Below are positions 9,279 to 18,722 of a stretch of DNA of 53,773 bases, in pieces. Numbering within the stretch: position 1 is the stretch's first letter; each line of letters opens with the position of its first letter. Position numbers and translations under genes: made by a program. Location of the stretch: the IMG/VR virus record IMGVR_UViG_3300020596_000028, positions 1 to 53,773 of that record. One strand, given 5' to 3'. Origin of the DNA: a virus (Duplodnaviria > Caudoviricetes). The notes beneath the pieces were generated by a model. That model made no database searches and was not told the origin of the DNA. It saw only the letters and a list, made by a program, of their open reading frames with translations.

Positions 9279-9994
9279 TGATTCATCTCCTTTGATTTAT
9301 AGTACCCATAGCCAATCAAAATCGCGTCTGCGATGTCGTTTTGGTTTTGGAGTAGATCGATTCCAAAAAGTTCTTTGACTTTTTTTACTGATAAATGCTT
9401 ATTGGTAATCTTACCTTTAACGTTTTCGCCTCGAATGGATCGCATCCGTTTGGTGATTAAAGATTTGATTTCATTTTTACGAGCTTTTTCAAGTTCACCT
9501 TTGAATGCTCGAGAGCCATGCCGCATTTGATAGTTATATGTGACTTCAGAAATTGCCTTGGCCGTGATCTCGTTTTTTAAACGCATTCGTTCGAGTTTGA
9601 TTTCCTTATTAGCTGCTCGTTGGTCTTTCGACATCTTCATTCCCGAATGCTTGTGCCATTGACTCGTGTCCATGTAGATGGGAGTTCTTCCGAGTGAAAA
9701 TAAAACCACGGCCACTGAGTAGTGAATAAACTCGAGAACTTTTTGAGCATCCCGATTTCTGCCTAGACCGGATTGATTGGTTTGCTCAATCACGATGGCG
9801 TCCACATAGCCCTTTTCAACTAGAACTTGCTTCACTTGATTGCCAATTTGCACTGACAGTTGGATTAAATTCATCGGATATGGCAGTGAAAAGTCTTTAA
9901 TATTGTAACTAATTTGACCGTAATGAGCAGCTCTCCCGTCTTCAGTAATTGCCCAACCCGTCTTCGTTGAGAGATCAAGTGCTAGAATTCGCAT
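9275..9994 (-). CDS. RuvC-like Holliday junction resolvase with a basic insertion
   Basis: MRILALDLSTKTGWA, IVIEQ and NDIADAILIG give the D-E-D-D catalytic pattern. Confidence 0.85.
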   Translation of the reverse strand: MRILALDLSTKTGWAITEDGRAAHYGQISYNIKDFSLPYPMNLIQLSVQIGNQVKQVLVEKGYVDAIVIEQTNQSGLGRNRDAQKVLEFIHYSVAVVLFSLGRTPIYMDTSQWHKHSGMKMSKDQRAANKEIKLERMRLKNEITAKAISEVTYNYQMRHGSRAFKGELEKARKNEIKSLITKRMRSIRGENVKGKITNKHLSVKKVKELFGIDLLQNQNDIADAILIGYGYYKSKEMNQ

Positions 9995-10295
9995 TGTTTT
10001 TCTTCCTTAGTTCTTCTGCTTTTTTTCGAATCGCTTCTTCAGCGGACTCAGAATCCTTGCTCACCTTTTCATTCTCACCGACGACATCACGATCCGACTG
10101 ATCCCGGTTTCGTTCGCTTTGCTCATGTGAAACTCGGTCTTGAAGGTTCTTAAACCAGTTGATAAATAAAATACTCAATCCACCCACACCTAGAAACCCA
10201 ATCAAACCCACAAGCCAGCCCCAAGGGCTCCCAGAAATTAGGCCCGTGAGAAACGTCATGCCTTGAGTAAAAGTAAATTTAACCACGTCATCCAT
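9975..10295 (-). CDS. Membrane protein with charged C-terminal coiled coil (i-spanin-like topology)
   Basis: TM segment WGWLVGLIGFLGVGGLSILFI followed by a polar helical tail. Confidence 0.6.
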   Translation of the reverse strand: MDDVVKFTFTQGMTFLTGLISGSPWGWLVGLIGFLGVGGLSILFINWFKNLQDRVSHEQSERNRDQSDRDVVGENEKVSKDSESAEEAIRKKAEELRKKNNANSST

Positions 10296-10308
10296 ATCAA
10301 ACCCCCTA

Positions 10309-11259
10309 TTAGTTCAGCCAAGTCCAGCCCTGTTCGGGACGATAGACACCAATCATTGATCGACCTGTCACGGTGAGAAGTCTCAGCACATGAGGAATCG
10401 AACGATCGAATTTAAACTTGGAATCAAAATCTAAATCAAACTGGTCATCTAATGAAATCGCTGTGACTGAATCTTGCCCAATCACTTGAATTTTCTTTCC
10501 CTTGTACTTAACGAGTGGAACAGACAGTGGAATGAATTCTTTTGAGTACATCCAAACCATCCAAGAAAAGAATTTGATGTCATTTCCATCTACAAAAACA
10601 CCCTGAAAAATACAGCTTTCAGGTTGAAAAGGTTGAATGAGTTGACTGAGTTTCAGCTTTGCGTTGCCTGCTTTAACTGGTAACGGTCCTTCAAATTGAG
10701 CTCCACATCCTTGAACAGCGGCATACACTGAGCCTAATGAGTTCACTGGAAGGTCTAAAACTGCATCAACATCAAACCTTGTTTTAGTCGTGTAACCATT
10801 CCAATGTTCTCCAGGGCGGCTCACTCGGATGAACGCGTGACCTTCAAAGGGATGAATTTGAATAGATTGATTTTTTTCTTTTGGGAACTCAGGTTGAAGC
10901 GACACGCTAATCAGGCAAGACTTTACGGCCGGGCCTGAGAGTTCATAAGTGAGCACTTGATTTTTTTCATAACGTTCACGTTGTTCGATCTGACAATCTT
11001 TGGATCGAATCGTAATCTTTCCGCTGTAATAACCTTGTACTGAAAATGAAACTGAATCTAGAGGATCGCCTTGCTGCATCTCAAGAATAATCAGTCCTTG
11101 CGCAGTCACTCCATTCACTTTGAATTCAACGGTGGGGTAATTGGATTGAGCCGCAGGCACCGAACTATCAGGCCGAATTCGCTTGACGCAAGAAACTAAA
11201 AAGCAAACGGCTACAAGGAGAGCTAACATTCGCGCGAGTTTCATTTTCTCTGACTCCAT
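10309..11259 (-). CDS. Lipoprotein, beta-rich (316 aa)
   Basis: Signal peptide with lipobox LVSC. Confidence 0.75.
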   Translation of the reverse strand: MESEKMKLARMLALLVAVCFLVSCVKRIRPDSSVPAAQSNYPTVEFKVNGVTAQGLIILEMQQGDPLDSVSFSVQGYYSGKITIRSKDCQIEQRERYEKNQVLTYELSGPAVKSCLISVSLQPEFPKEKNQSIQIHPFEGHAFIRVSRPGEHWNGYTTKTRFDVDAVLDLPVNSLGSVYAAVQGCGAQFEGPLPVKAGNAKLKLSQLIQPFQPESCIFQGVFVDGNDIKFFSWMVWMYSKEFIPLSVPLVKYKGKKIQVIGQDSVTAISLDDQFDLDFDSKFKFDRSIPHVLRLLTVTGRSMIGVYRPEQGWTWLN

Positions 11260-11280
11260 TTTTTAAAGATCAGCAGACAT

Positions 11281-11322
11281 AAAAAAAGCCCCTGTGCATT
11301 TTTATTCAAAAGACAGGGGCTT
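11281..11322 (-). terminator. Rho-independent terminator
   Basis: AAGCCCCTGT/ACAGGGGCTT stem followed by a T7 tract on the - strand. Confidence 0.8.
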
Positions 11323-11340
11323 AGATCAAAACTGAATCAA

Positions 11341-11766
11341 TTAGCTAGCCGCAACAGCAGGCTTAGCTTCATCTTTCTTTTCAATGAACTGTTTATAGAT
11401 CTGATGGATCAGAACTTGGAGTCCAGCGATCGTCGATGAATGAAGAAGTGCAGCAGGAGCGCTCACACCTGAAGCCACCATTGCGAGCACGCCAGTAATC
11501 AAACTGAGCACCACAACGATGAGCAATCGGTACTTGCCAGCCATATTAGCAATCGGAGTTTGAAACGCTTTCATCATCAACTGAGTCACGATGACTGCGA
11601 TTACAAGTCCGCTAGCTCCTTTAATTTCGCCCACTGATTTCAAAAGCATTTGAACGAATTCATCCATCCCTACGACTACGACAGTTGGGTCTTCCACTGC
11701 GAAGGCAACCGCGCTCATTACCAAAGTCATCAACATCAAAGACAGAAACATGAAAGCTTTTTTCAT
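11341..11766 (-). CDS. Multi-pass membrane protein, holin-like
   Basis: Signal-like N-terminus, about 3 hydrophobic segments and a charged C-tail; AGGAG RBS; near the endolysin. Confidence 0.55.
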   Translation of the reverse strand: MKKAFMFLSLMLMTLVMSAVAFAVEDPTVVVVGMDEFVQMLLKSVGEIKGASGLVIAVIVTQLMMKAFQTPIANMAGKYRLLIVVVLSLITGVLAMVASGVSAPAALLHSSTIAGLQVLIHQIYKQFIEKKDEAKPAVAAS

Positions 11767-11789
11767 TTCATTTCTCCTAGGTTTTTAAT

Positions 11790-12362
11790 TTACTTCACTA
11801 AGTAAAACGGACCGTACAGGATTGAATCAAACATCAACCCTTCCAATACGGTCGCGTTCATCACGTGAACGGCTTCCAGAATATCATCAGCAAATTTACT
11901 TGGCAGCAACCAAGTCAAATCTCCAGCTTTAGCTGAAGGTCTTACTTTGGTTCTTACTTCAATGAAATGCTCAGGCTTTGAGCCTTCACCGATGATAAAA
12001 CAATAGTCTGGAAAAGCAGTTGCATACACTGGCAGATGTTCACGGCATGGAACGATGTGGCTTCCGTAGTAATCGGACCAGCTTTCACTTGCTTGTTCGC
12101 CAATGAAAAACGTAAGAGTTTTAGTCTCTTCGTTGTAATCGAAGTCCATGAAATGAACTAAGGTTGATCTTTTTGTTCGCCATTCAAACCGAGACTTCAT
12201 CAGATGTGCGCATTGATCTTTTGAGCAATCAACGTCCACTTGAACACCGACAATCGGTCTTTCATGCTCCAAGGGTTGATCAATTGGGAGCTGGTTCACT
12301 TTTAAGGCTTCGAGATAATCTTTTAGTTCCTGTGAAATTTTCGGAAATTCGTTAGTGTTCAT
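11790..12362 (-). CDS. Hypothetical protein (190 aa)
   Basis: Coupled (ATGA) to the sigma factor gene. Confidence 0.7.
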   Translation of the reverse strand: MNTNEFPKISQELKDYLEALKVNQLPIDQPLEHERPIVGVQVDVDCSKDQCAHLMKSRFEWRTKRSTLVHFMDFDYNEETKTLTFFIGEQASESWSDYYGSHIVPCREHLPVYATAFPDYCFIIGEGSKPEHFIEVRTKVRPSAKAGDLTWLLPSKFADDILEAVHVMNATVLEGLMFDSILYGPFYLVK

Positions 12363-13033
12363 CTTAAGAATTCTTTCCTTTGCATTTCTTTTTCAAGATT
12401 CTCAATCAGAAATTTAATTCTATTATACCCGATGTCGGGATGCTTCTCGTGAATCTCTGTCTTGTTGAGTCCGTTCATGAAGAACTCGATGAAGACTTTT
12501 CTCTTATGTCCGAATATAGATTTCACGTATTCCTTGGCATCGATATAATCAGCAATGCTTCCTTCGGTGTCAGCGATCTCTCTTGTGAGCGACTGAAAGT
12601 GAATCAATACACGGTCTTGATCTCCTGAACCTTCAGGGCAACTTTGAAGCTCAAGCGTGGCCATATTGACGGTACCTTTTTTATTAGCCGTCTCAATCCG
12701 TCTTGCTTCATTGATAAACTTGCACTTTAGGACTTTAATCACCCAAGTTGAAAGCCGCATTCCCTTATCTGGTTTGTACATTTGGATTGCTTTGTGAACA
12801 ATATAGCGTCCAAATTCAAGTAAATCGTCGCGATCTAAACAGACATCGCTTGAAATGTAGTTGCCCATAAGACCTGAATTGATCATCCGATGGATGTATC
12901 TGTCGAACTGAGTAATGGTTTCTCTCTCCGTTTGAGAGACCACGAGCTGTTGTTGATTGGAAAAATAGCCCTGGAGTTCTTGTTTTAAGCCAAGCTGAAC
13001 TCGATCCGTGAATTCAAACCCTAGTTGGTTCAT
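12359..13033 (-). CDS. Second sigma-70-like sigma factor
   Basis: DRDDLLEFGRYIVHKAIQMYKPDKGMRLSTWV (region 2); C-terminal HTH-like KRKVFIEFFMNGLNKTEI. Confidence 0.78.
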   Translation of the reverse strand: MNQLGFEFTDRVQLGLKQELQGYFSNQQQLVVSQTERETITQFDRYIHRMINSGLMGNYISSDVCLDRDDLLEFGRYIVHKAIQMYKPDKGMRLSTWVIKVLKCKFINEARRIETANKKGTVNMATLELQSCPEGSGDQDRVLIHFQSLTREIADTEGSIADYIDAKEYVKSIFGHKRKVFIEFFMNGLNKTEIHEKHPDIGYNRIKFLIENLEKEMQRKEFLR

Positions 13034-13139
13034 CTAAATATGCCCCCCGACATGAGATATGTGTAATAATATTTGTTACCGTTAATGCGGGGTGTGTAAA
13101 GAAAAAAGTTACTAACGTGTCAAATTGTTTTCGTTTGTT

Positions 13140-13691
13140 TTACAATTTTGGATCCCAAACTTGTAGAAACCCTTTCACACGCATGGATCCATTCGGAGTT
13201 AGAACGCGACGAGTCTTAATATAAACTCCATCCCCTTCACGCTCAACAGCAGTGCCTTGGCCGGTGTTGCCTTCGATGGTTTCAATAGAATGAGCATCGA
13301 TCAATCGTTTAATAATGCCTACGTGTCCAGAGGCTGTCGCTTTTCCGTCTTTATAGTACTGCCATAAGATCAGAGCTCCTGGATGCAGCAGAGACTGAAT
13401 GCGAGCGTTTTCAAGCATGTGATTCCAAAGGGTCATGCAGTGTTCGGTTTGGTAAAGCCAGGAAGCAGGATTTGGTCCGCCGTTTTTGGTCTCGTAAAGA
13501 ACGTCAGTTCGTTTCACACAATACTGAACAAAGGCTAAACACCAAGACTCACGTTGAGCTTTTCCGTCCACGGCCTTTTGAAATAACTCCACTTCAGGAC
13601 CACAATTATCCCCGCCTTTTTCGGTTTTTCCGACAAAGCTTAAAGCCGTTTCAATCAGGAGTGCGCATTTTTTAGTATAAAGTTCAGTCAT
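13140..13691 (-). CDS. CHAP-domain endolysin/amidase
   Basis: SWCLAFVQYC (catalytic Cys), GHVGII (His) and TIEGNT. Confidence 0.88.
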   Translation of the reverse strand: MTELYTKKCALLIETALSFVGKTEKGGDNCGPEVELFQKAVDGKAQRESWCLAFVQYCVKRTDVLYETKNGGPNPASWLYQTEHCMTLWNHMLENARIQSLLHPGALILWQYYKDGKATASGHVGIIKRLIDAHSIETIEGNTGQGTAVEREGDGVYIKTRRVLTPNGSMRVKGFLQVWDPKL

Positions 13692-14218
13692 AAAATTTTC
13701 ATAAAAGCACCGACTCCGTAGTATGCCGGGAAGTCGATCACTACTTCACCTAAGTTCTCTTCAATGGAGTGAGTATGCTCAACACGAATCCTACGGTCTC
13801 CGTCTTCTTCTAAAGCAAGCGGACCGCTAGGAGTATCCGGTCCAGTCTCAGCGCCGTGGTCATGGGTGAAGTCAAACTCTTGAGATCCGCCGGTGCCGTT
13901 TGAAGTTTTACTGGAAGAAAAGCGAAGGTACTTTTCAGTCATGTTCGGAGTGAACCTAGCGAATACTCCGATCGTTCGAAGCGGCGATAACGGATGCGTG
14001 ATCTCTGTTCCGTCGCAACGCTGATACACGTCCTGACTTAATAGGCCCACTCCAATTTGATTTTCCTGCCAGATCAAAATCTTTCCAATTGGAACCAGAT
14101 CATTCAGGTAATTCATATTGAGTGCAAGTTTTTTCAGAGCTTCTTCTTGCATGGAAGCAAGCGCCCTAATCTCTTCCGTGTGATGGCCAGTAAAAAGAGC
14201 AGGCGTAGGAAGAGACAT
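13688..14218 (-). CDS. Tail collar-domain/short fibre protein, paralog 3
   Basis: VPIGKIL...CDGTEI..PLSPL...TPNMTEKYLR...GG...HDHG...HTH. Confidence 0.75.
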   Translation of the reverse strand: MSLPTPALFTGHHTEEIRALASMQEEALKKLALNMNYLNDLVPIGKILIWQENQIGVGLLSQDVYQRCDGTEITHPLSPLRTIGVFARFTPNMTEKYLRFSSSKTSNGTGGSQEFDFTHDHGAETGPDTPSGPLALEEDGDRRIRVEHTHSIEENLGEVVIDFPAYYGVGAFMKIL

Positions 14219-14219
14219 T

Positions 14220-14735
14220 TTAGTTAATCCTCATGTAAAATTTCAGCGTGTAAAAGGGAGGCTCCATGTTGAGTGAAAAATCTAAGTCGATTTCGATCGT
14301 ATGATCATGCTGGAAGGCGACGTTAAAAGTTCCATTAGAAGGATCTGCATCGGACGTAGTTGTATGCACTCCCGTTTTTCCACCATGGTCATGCTCTAAG
14401 TCTGAGTAAAAGTTAGAGCCGCCTGCTAGTCCGACCTGTCCTGCTCCGGCTGGAACTTTCAAATAGCGACTCGTGAGGTTAGGTGTAAATCGACGTTGAC
14501 CCGGTGTGCTCCGAATAAGTGAATTCTCATCTAAAATTTCTGTCCCATTACACTCTAAAAAGAACTTGGGATCAGGCGAGGGGACGCCTGGAATGTTCAC
14601 CATGATCGGAACAATCTCGCCTACCGGCACTGACTCAGACAGATGTTTTAAGTTCTGTCTCATGTTCACGCCGAGCTCAGTTGAGCCTACGGCACCAAAC
14701 TGAATCATGTCTTCTTCAATTTGAGTGAACGGCAT
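14220..14735 (-). CDS. Tail collar-domain/short fibre protein, paralog 2
   Basis: VPVGEIV...CNGTEI...TPNLTSRYLK...GG...HDHG...HDH...PPFY. Confidence 0.75.
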   Translation of the reverse strand: MPFTQIEEDMIQFGAVGSTELGVNMRQNLKHLSESVPVGEIVPIMVNIPGVPSPDPKFFLECNGTEILDENSLIRSTPGQRRFTPNLTSRYLKVPAGAGQVGLAGGSNFYSDLEHDHGGKTGVHTTTSDADPSNGTFNVAFQHDHTIEIDLDFSLNMEPPFYTLKFYMRIN

Positions 14736-15256
14736 TAGCGAATCCTCATATACGGTTGAACGTCAATGTATGGAGGAATCGTTGAAATCTCTCCTAAGGC
14801 GGGCTCGATCGGATGGGCATGGAGATTAGGTCCTGCGACATCGTTATTATTATCCGTCGTTTTTAAGTTCTCACGGTCAAATGTTTCACCAGTAAAACCC
14901 GAGTGATCATGTTCAAGGTCAATCGTTTCTTGACCGCCTGTGCTTCCGATATTTGAAAACGCCTTAGCAAACTTGCTTCTTAAATCCGGAAGCGTCACTC
15001 CATTTAGAGGCGACAAGGGGTCACTCACGGCTGTTCCATCCATGTACTTCCAGTTCGCATTAGGCTGAGGGATCTGAGATCCATTTGCAAACGTTTGCGA
15101 TTGATAAAAGTACATCACAAACCCAATTGGAACCGCAGCATTTATCCAGTTCAACTGCTGATGAATCCTGATCCAAATCCCTGCCGCAATGGAACTTGCA
15201 AAGTCAGTTTCCATTTTCTTAAGAAGAAGCGGTCTTGAGTTTGGAATGATGATCAT
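14735..15256 (-). CDS. Tail collar-domain/short fibre protein, paralog 1
   Basis: VPIGFVM...MDGTAV.DPLSPL...LPDLRSKF...GG...HDH...HAH...PPY. Confidence 0.75.
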   Translation of the reverse strand: MIIIPNSRPLLLKKMETDFASSIAAGIWIRIHQQLNWINAAVPIGFVMYFYQSQTFANGSQIPQPNANWKYMDGTAVSDPLSPLNGVTLPDLRSKFAKAFSNIGSTGGQETIDLEHDHSGFTGETFDRENLKTTDNNNDVAGPNLHAHPIEPALGEISTIPPYIDVQPYMRIR

Positions 15257-15277
15257 AGTTTCCTCAATTATACCCTT

Positions 15278-18200
15278 CTACACACTCGGAACGAAGTCTT
15301 TTGGATGCAGAATATAAGGCGGACGATTGTCGCTGAAGTGATGAGTTCCGGATCGTTGCTCCTCAATTTCATTTGAAGTTGTGGACGGATAACCGACAAC
15401 AGGAGGGCCGTAAGAAGCAAAGTATTTTCTCTGAGCCACTGAAGTTGAATCGTAATCCGCATACCTCAAGTAATGCCCGCTTTCGATCACGCCTGAAATG
15501 TTCCTCACGGTCGGACTTAAGACTGTCGTCAAAGCGTCTTCGAACTGAATCACTTGACCAGACACGCTTTCAATAGTCGCTTCTTCCAAAACTTCGTGAG
15601 TCGTAGCATCGACAATGGCGATCTTAAAGCCTACCTGCCAAGCCTTGCCACAAATCGGAGCTTCACGGACCTCAGCAGTCTCGCCGTTCACGTCTTCAAT
15701 TGTGGCCGTATCTGCGGTGGCTGAAGTAATGGCACCCACTGGGGCAATGTACCCAATCGTTCCAAGTGTCGTTAGAACGATCAAATCATTTTGGCCGCCT
15801 GCTACTAAACCCTCAGGAATGTAGTTTCCGAATGCTGTTGTTCCTAATGACCAGACTTTTAGCCCTAAAGTCATCGTATCTAAGTCATACCGAATCTGTC
15901 TCACAAAGCATGGAACGTTGTTAAAGCGTCGTCCACCTAACTTAGTTCCATCAATCGGACTGATCGGCGTATCAAAAGCGATCCTAAAAAAGTCCATCGG
16001 CTGAGTAAAAAGCATTCTCCAAGTCACTGTCATGTTCACAAACTCAGGTTCAGCAGCAGCCAGACGAACAAAAAGAGGCATTAATTTATCGACGTCTTGA
16101 CGGCGATACACGGAAGGCATGAGAAGTTTTTTATCAATCTGCCTACCTGAAAGTGTAATGCCTGAAGGAGAAAGATAAGTGTCCGACGTCTTTTGTTTTC
16201 CGCTTGCTGGAAACTGTTTGTAATCACAAGAAGCAGAATTGAAATACTGATTCCATTCTTTAGCTGGATTAAAAGTTGCGTCTTTTAAATCCCCTTCACG
16301 AATTAATCCGCCATCGTTTCTGAATTTTTCAAACGTGATTTGATAGGCAGCATACTTTCCAAACCGTAAATAATAAGCCGTATTATATTGCTGAAGAAGT
16401 TTTGAAACCGTGGAAGTGAGTTCAGCAAATTCACCAATGTAAATCCGAGCACGGTATTGAGACAACTGTTCACGAGAGGTTTGATTCCAAACTAAGTCAA
16501 AGTCTCCACTGGTTTTTCCGGCATATGATTGAAGCAAGTCGCGTGCAATAAATCCAGGGTTCGTATAAGCGTTTTCAATCTCGTTAAAGTTATAAAGTGT
16601 GACAGTATTTCGATTTAAAACAAAAACAGTTCCATCTTGAGCACTCGAAATACCAACTGGATAGTTGATGTCTTCGCCTACTTCTGAAAAAAGAATTGCA
16701 CTATCTGCGATCAATGCACCTGTGGTGCGATTGATGCGATAAAATTTTCCTGTATAACGATCTGCCACGAGCAAGTTTTGTTGATTCACGTCAGCTGATA
16801 AATCCGTGATCTCAACCGCACTAGCTTCAAATGCAGATCGATTCCAGCTTGTCACAAGGAGTGGATTAATAGCATTGAAAGGATTGATTTTATAAAACGT
16901 GCCTGTTGAATTATCCACAATGTAAAGCACGTTTCCTTCATCAATCGTTAGCCCTCGCCCATCGACTAAAGTGGAACTCAGTCCGATCACATTCAGCGTT
17001 GAAAACTTAAGTCCTAATGCTTCTTGCTCAAGCATGTACCTATAAACCGTGCTCGTTGGATGATCGTAAATCCAAATGCTTTCGTCTTGCTGCCAAGTAA
17101 TTCCCGTGATTTTCGTGATATTTGAATCAACGTCGTCGTAGCTAATTTCTTTAATCACGTTTCGTTTGAAGTCTAAACAGAAAATCTTTCTCGCTGAATC
17201 GTCGGCATACCAGAAGTTATTATCGAAATCTAAAGTAAGGCCGTAAGGTTCATTGTCCGTTATACCGTAATCCGGTATACGATTCTTTGACATGCGTCGA
17301 GTGTTTTTACCTTTGCACTTGATCGTGATCTTATCGCCTTGAATGAAACGGTAGTTCAACGTGGTGACTGCATACTCATCCCCTTCGTTAAAGATCGTTC
17401 CTTCAATGACACCTAGTTGAGCATTCGCGACGTTGTTAATTGTAGAGCTTTCAGACGTAGAAAGCTTAATCACGTTATCGCCAACGCTCACATGTTTTTC
17501 AATGTAGTTGACGTTTGCCTCTGCGGTAATAAAACTCTGTCCAGATCCAATGCCTGCTTTTCCTTTTTCTAGAATCGTTGAAGCTTCGAAAAGAACAGGC
17601 GTGAACACGGGAATATAAAACTCACCTTTATCTAAATCGACTGTAATGAGATCCACATCAATTCGGATCGGGCCTTCAGGCTTGTCTTCGCCTCGGTTGC
17701 CTCGGTGTAAATAAATTTCATCAATACTCTGAAGCCCATTGTCGCTCACTTTAAATGTGAACGAGGTTGGGTCTTCTTGATTGGCATTCGTGCAGTAGGC
17801 AGGGATCGCTCCATATTTAGGAACGTCTTCAGTCCAGTCTCCGTAGACAATCGGGATTGCTTTTCCTTCAGCTTCTTCTTGAACTTCTGGATTAGAAATC
17901 GTGCTGAAAACTTGTGAAGGAATCTGGCGATTGTCTTGGTCAAATTGATCGTAACACTTAATGGTGACATCGTTTTCAGTTGTCGTTACGCCTTGCTTCT
18001 GAGTGATGTAACCATTGAAAAGAGTGAAATAGTTTTCAAATTTAATTCCGAAACCAACTTTGATTTCAACCTTGGCACTGATCCACTGCTGATATTGTTT
18101 TCCGTGAGGCAAGTATTTGTTGAAAAAACCATCTCGATTATTGAGCGTTAAACTCATGTCGCCTACTTGGAACTGAGGATTCAGCCATTCGCCAAGTGTG

Positions 18201-18574
18201 ACGTTGATCTGAGGAGCTTTAGAAACTCGGGCTTCATAATATCGCGGAGACCCGTCTTCGTCTTGAACGTATAAGTTTTTATCAGATACTCGGATCGTGA
18301 CACCGTTTCTTAAGTGAAGGTCAGCGATCCAATTGAGTTCCATGAACGGATAAGCAGCGTTCAGAAGCTCTTGAGAGAGATTAGCGAGTTGATTTTTCCA
18401 AGGTTCGCGTGAAGTGGGAGGAGGAAAAAAAACTGGGACGAGCGTTCCTGCCGAGAGTCCAGAACCAGCTGGACCACCGCCAAGGAAATTTAAGTCCCCA
18501 CAGAAATTCAAATAGCCAACTTGGTTGCCTGTGTAAAACCACCGAGTTGAACCACCTCCTCCACAGTCACTCAT
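15278..18574 (-). CDS. Tail tip/baseplate hub-like protein with an inserted beta-propeller (1098 aa)
   Basis: Hub-like motifs (LNNRDGFF, GKAIPIVYGDW) and a central NHL-like repeat region (PYGLT..D, GRGLTID, PVGISS); lies downstream of the TMP. Confidence 0.7.
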   Translation of the reverse strand: MSDCGGGGSTRWFYTGNQVGYLNFCGDLNFLGGGPAGSGLSAGTLVPVFFPPPTSREPWKNQLANLSQELLNAAYPFMELNWIADLHLRNGVTIRVSDKNLYVQDEDGSPRYYEARVSKAPQINVTLGEWLNPQFQVGDMSLTLNNRDGFFNKYLPHGKQYQQWISAKVEIKVGFGIKFENYFTLFNGYITQKQGVTTTENDVTIKCYDQFDQDNRQIPSQVFSTISNPEVQEEAEGKAIPIVYGDWTEDVPKYGAIPAYCTNANQEDPTSFTFKVSDNGLQSIDEIYLHRGNRGEDKPEGPIRIDVDLITVDLDKGEFYIPVFTPVLFEASTILEKGKAGIGSGQSFITAEANVNYIEKHVSVGDNVIKLSTSESSTINNVANAQLGVIEGTIFNEGDEYAVTTLNYRFIQGDKITIKCKGKNTRRMSKNRIPDYGITDNEPYGLTLDFDNNFWYADDSARKIFCLDFKRNVIKEISYDDVDSNITKITGITWQQDESIWIYDHPTSTVYRYMLEQEALGLKFSTLNVIGLSSTLVDGRGLTIDEGNVLYIVDNSTGTFYKINPFNAINPLLVTSWNRSAFEASAVEITDLSADVNQQNLLVADRYTGKFYRINRTTGALIADSAILFSEVGEDINYPVGISSAQDGTVFVLNRNTVTLYNFNEIENAYTNPGFIARDLLQSYAGKTSGDFDLVWNQTSREQLSQYRARIYIGEFAELTSTVSKLLQQYNTAYYLRFGKYAAYQITFEKFRNDGGLIREGDLKDATFNPAKEWNQYFNSASCDYKQFPASGKQKTSDTYLSPSGITLSGRQIDKKLLMPSVYRRQDVDKLMPLFVRLAAAEPEFVNMTVTWRMLFTQPMDFFRIAFDTPISPIDGTKLGGRRFNNVPCFVRQIRYDLDTMTLGLKVWSLGTTAFGNYIPEGLVAGGQNDLIVLTTLGTIGYIAPVGAITSATADTATIEDVNGETAEVREAPICGKAWQVGFKIAIVDATTHEVLEEATIESVSGQVIQFEDALTTVLSPTVRNISGVIESGHYLRYADYDSTSVAQRKYFASYGPPVVGYPSTTSNEIEEQRSGTHHFSDNRPPYILHPKDFVPSV

Positions 18575-18705
18575 TATACATCCTTACATCGAAAGTAGGG
18601 ACCATTTTCCTGTTCACAGTCTTCTTTTAAGTTATGAATATGAGTGCCAGCACAGCCTGACAGAAGCACTCCAAGGATTAAAAATAAGGTCATTACTAGT
18701 TTCAT
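18574..18705 (-). CDS. Small lipoprotein (43 aa), not in the ORF track
   Basis: MKLVMTLFLILGVLLSGCAGTHIHNLKEDCEQENGPYFRCKDV*. Lipobox LSGC, GGGAG RBS, TAATG overlap with the next gene. Confidence 0.8.
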   Translation of the reverse strand: MKLVMTLFLILGVLLSGCAGTHIHNLKEDCEQENGPYFRCKDV

Positions 18706-18722
18706 TGTATCTCCCTTTCTAT

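Noticed and set aside
9275-9994. TnpB/Cas12-like RNA-guided nuclease
   Set aside because: The first catalytic Asp is at the extreme N-terminus, and there is no zinc finger or REC/WED region. This fits a stand-alone resolvase.
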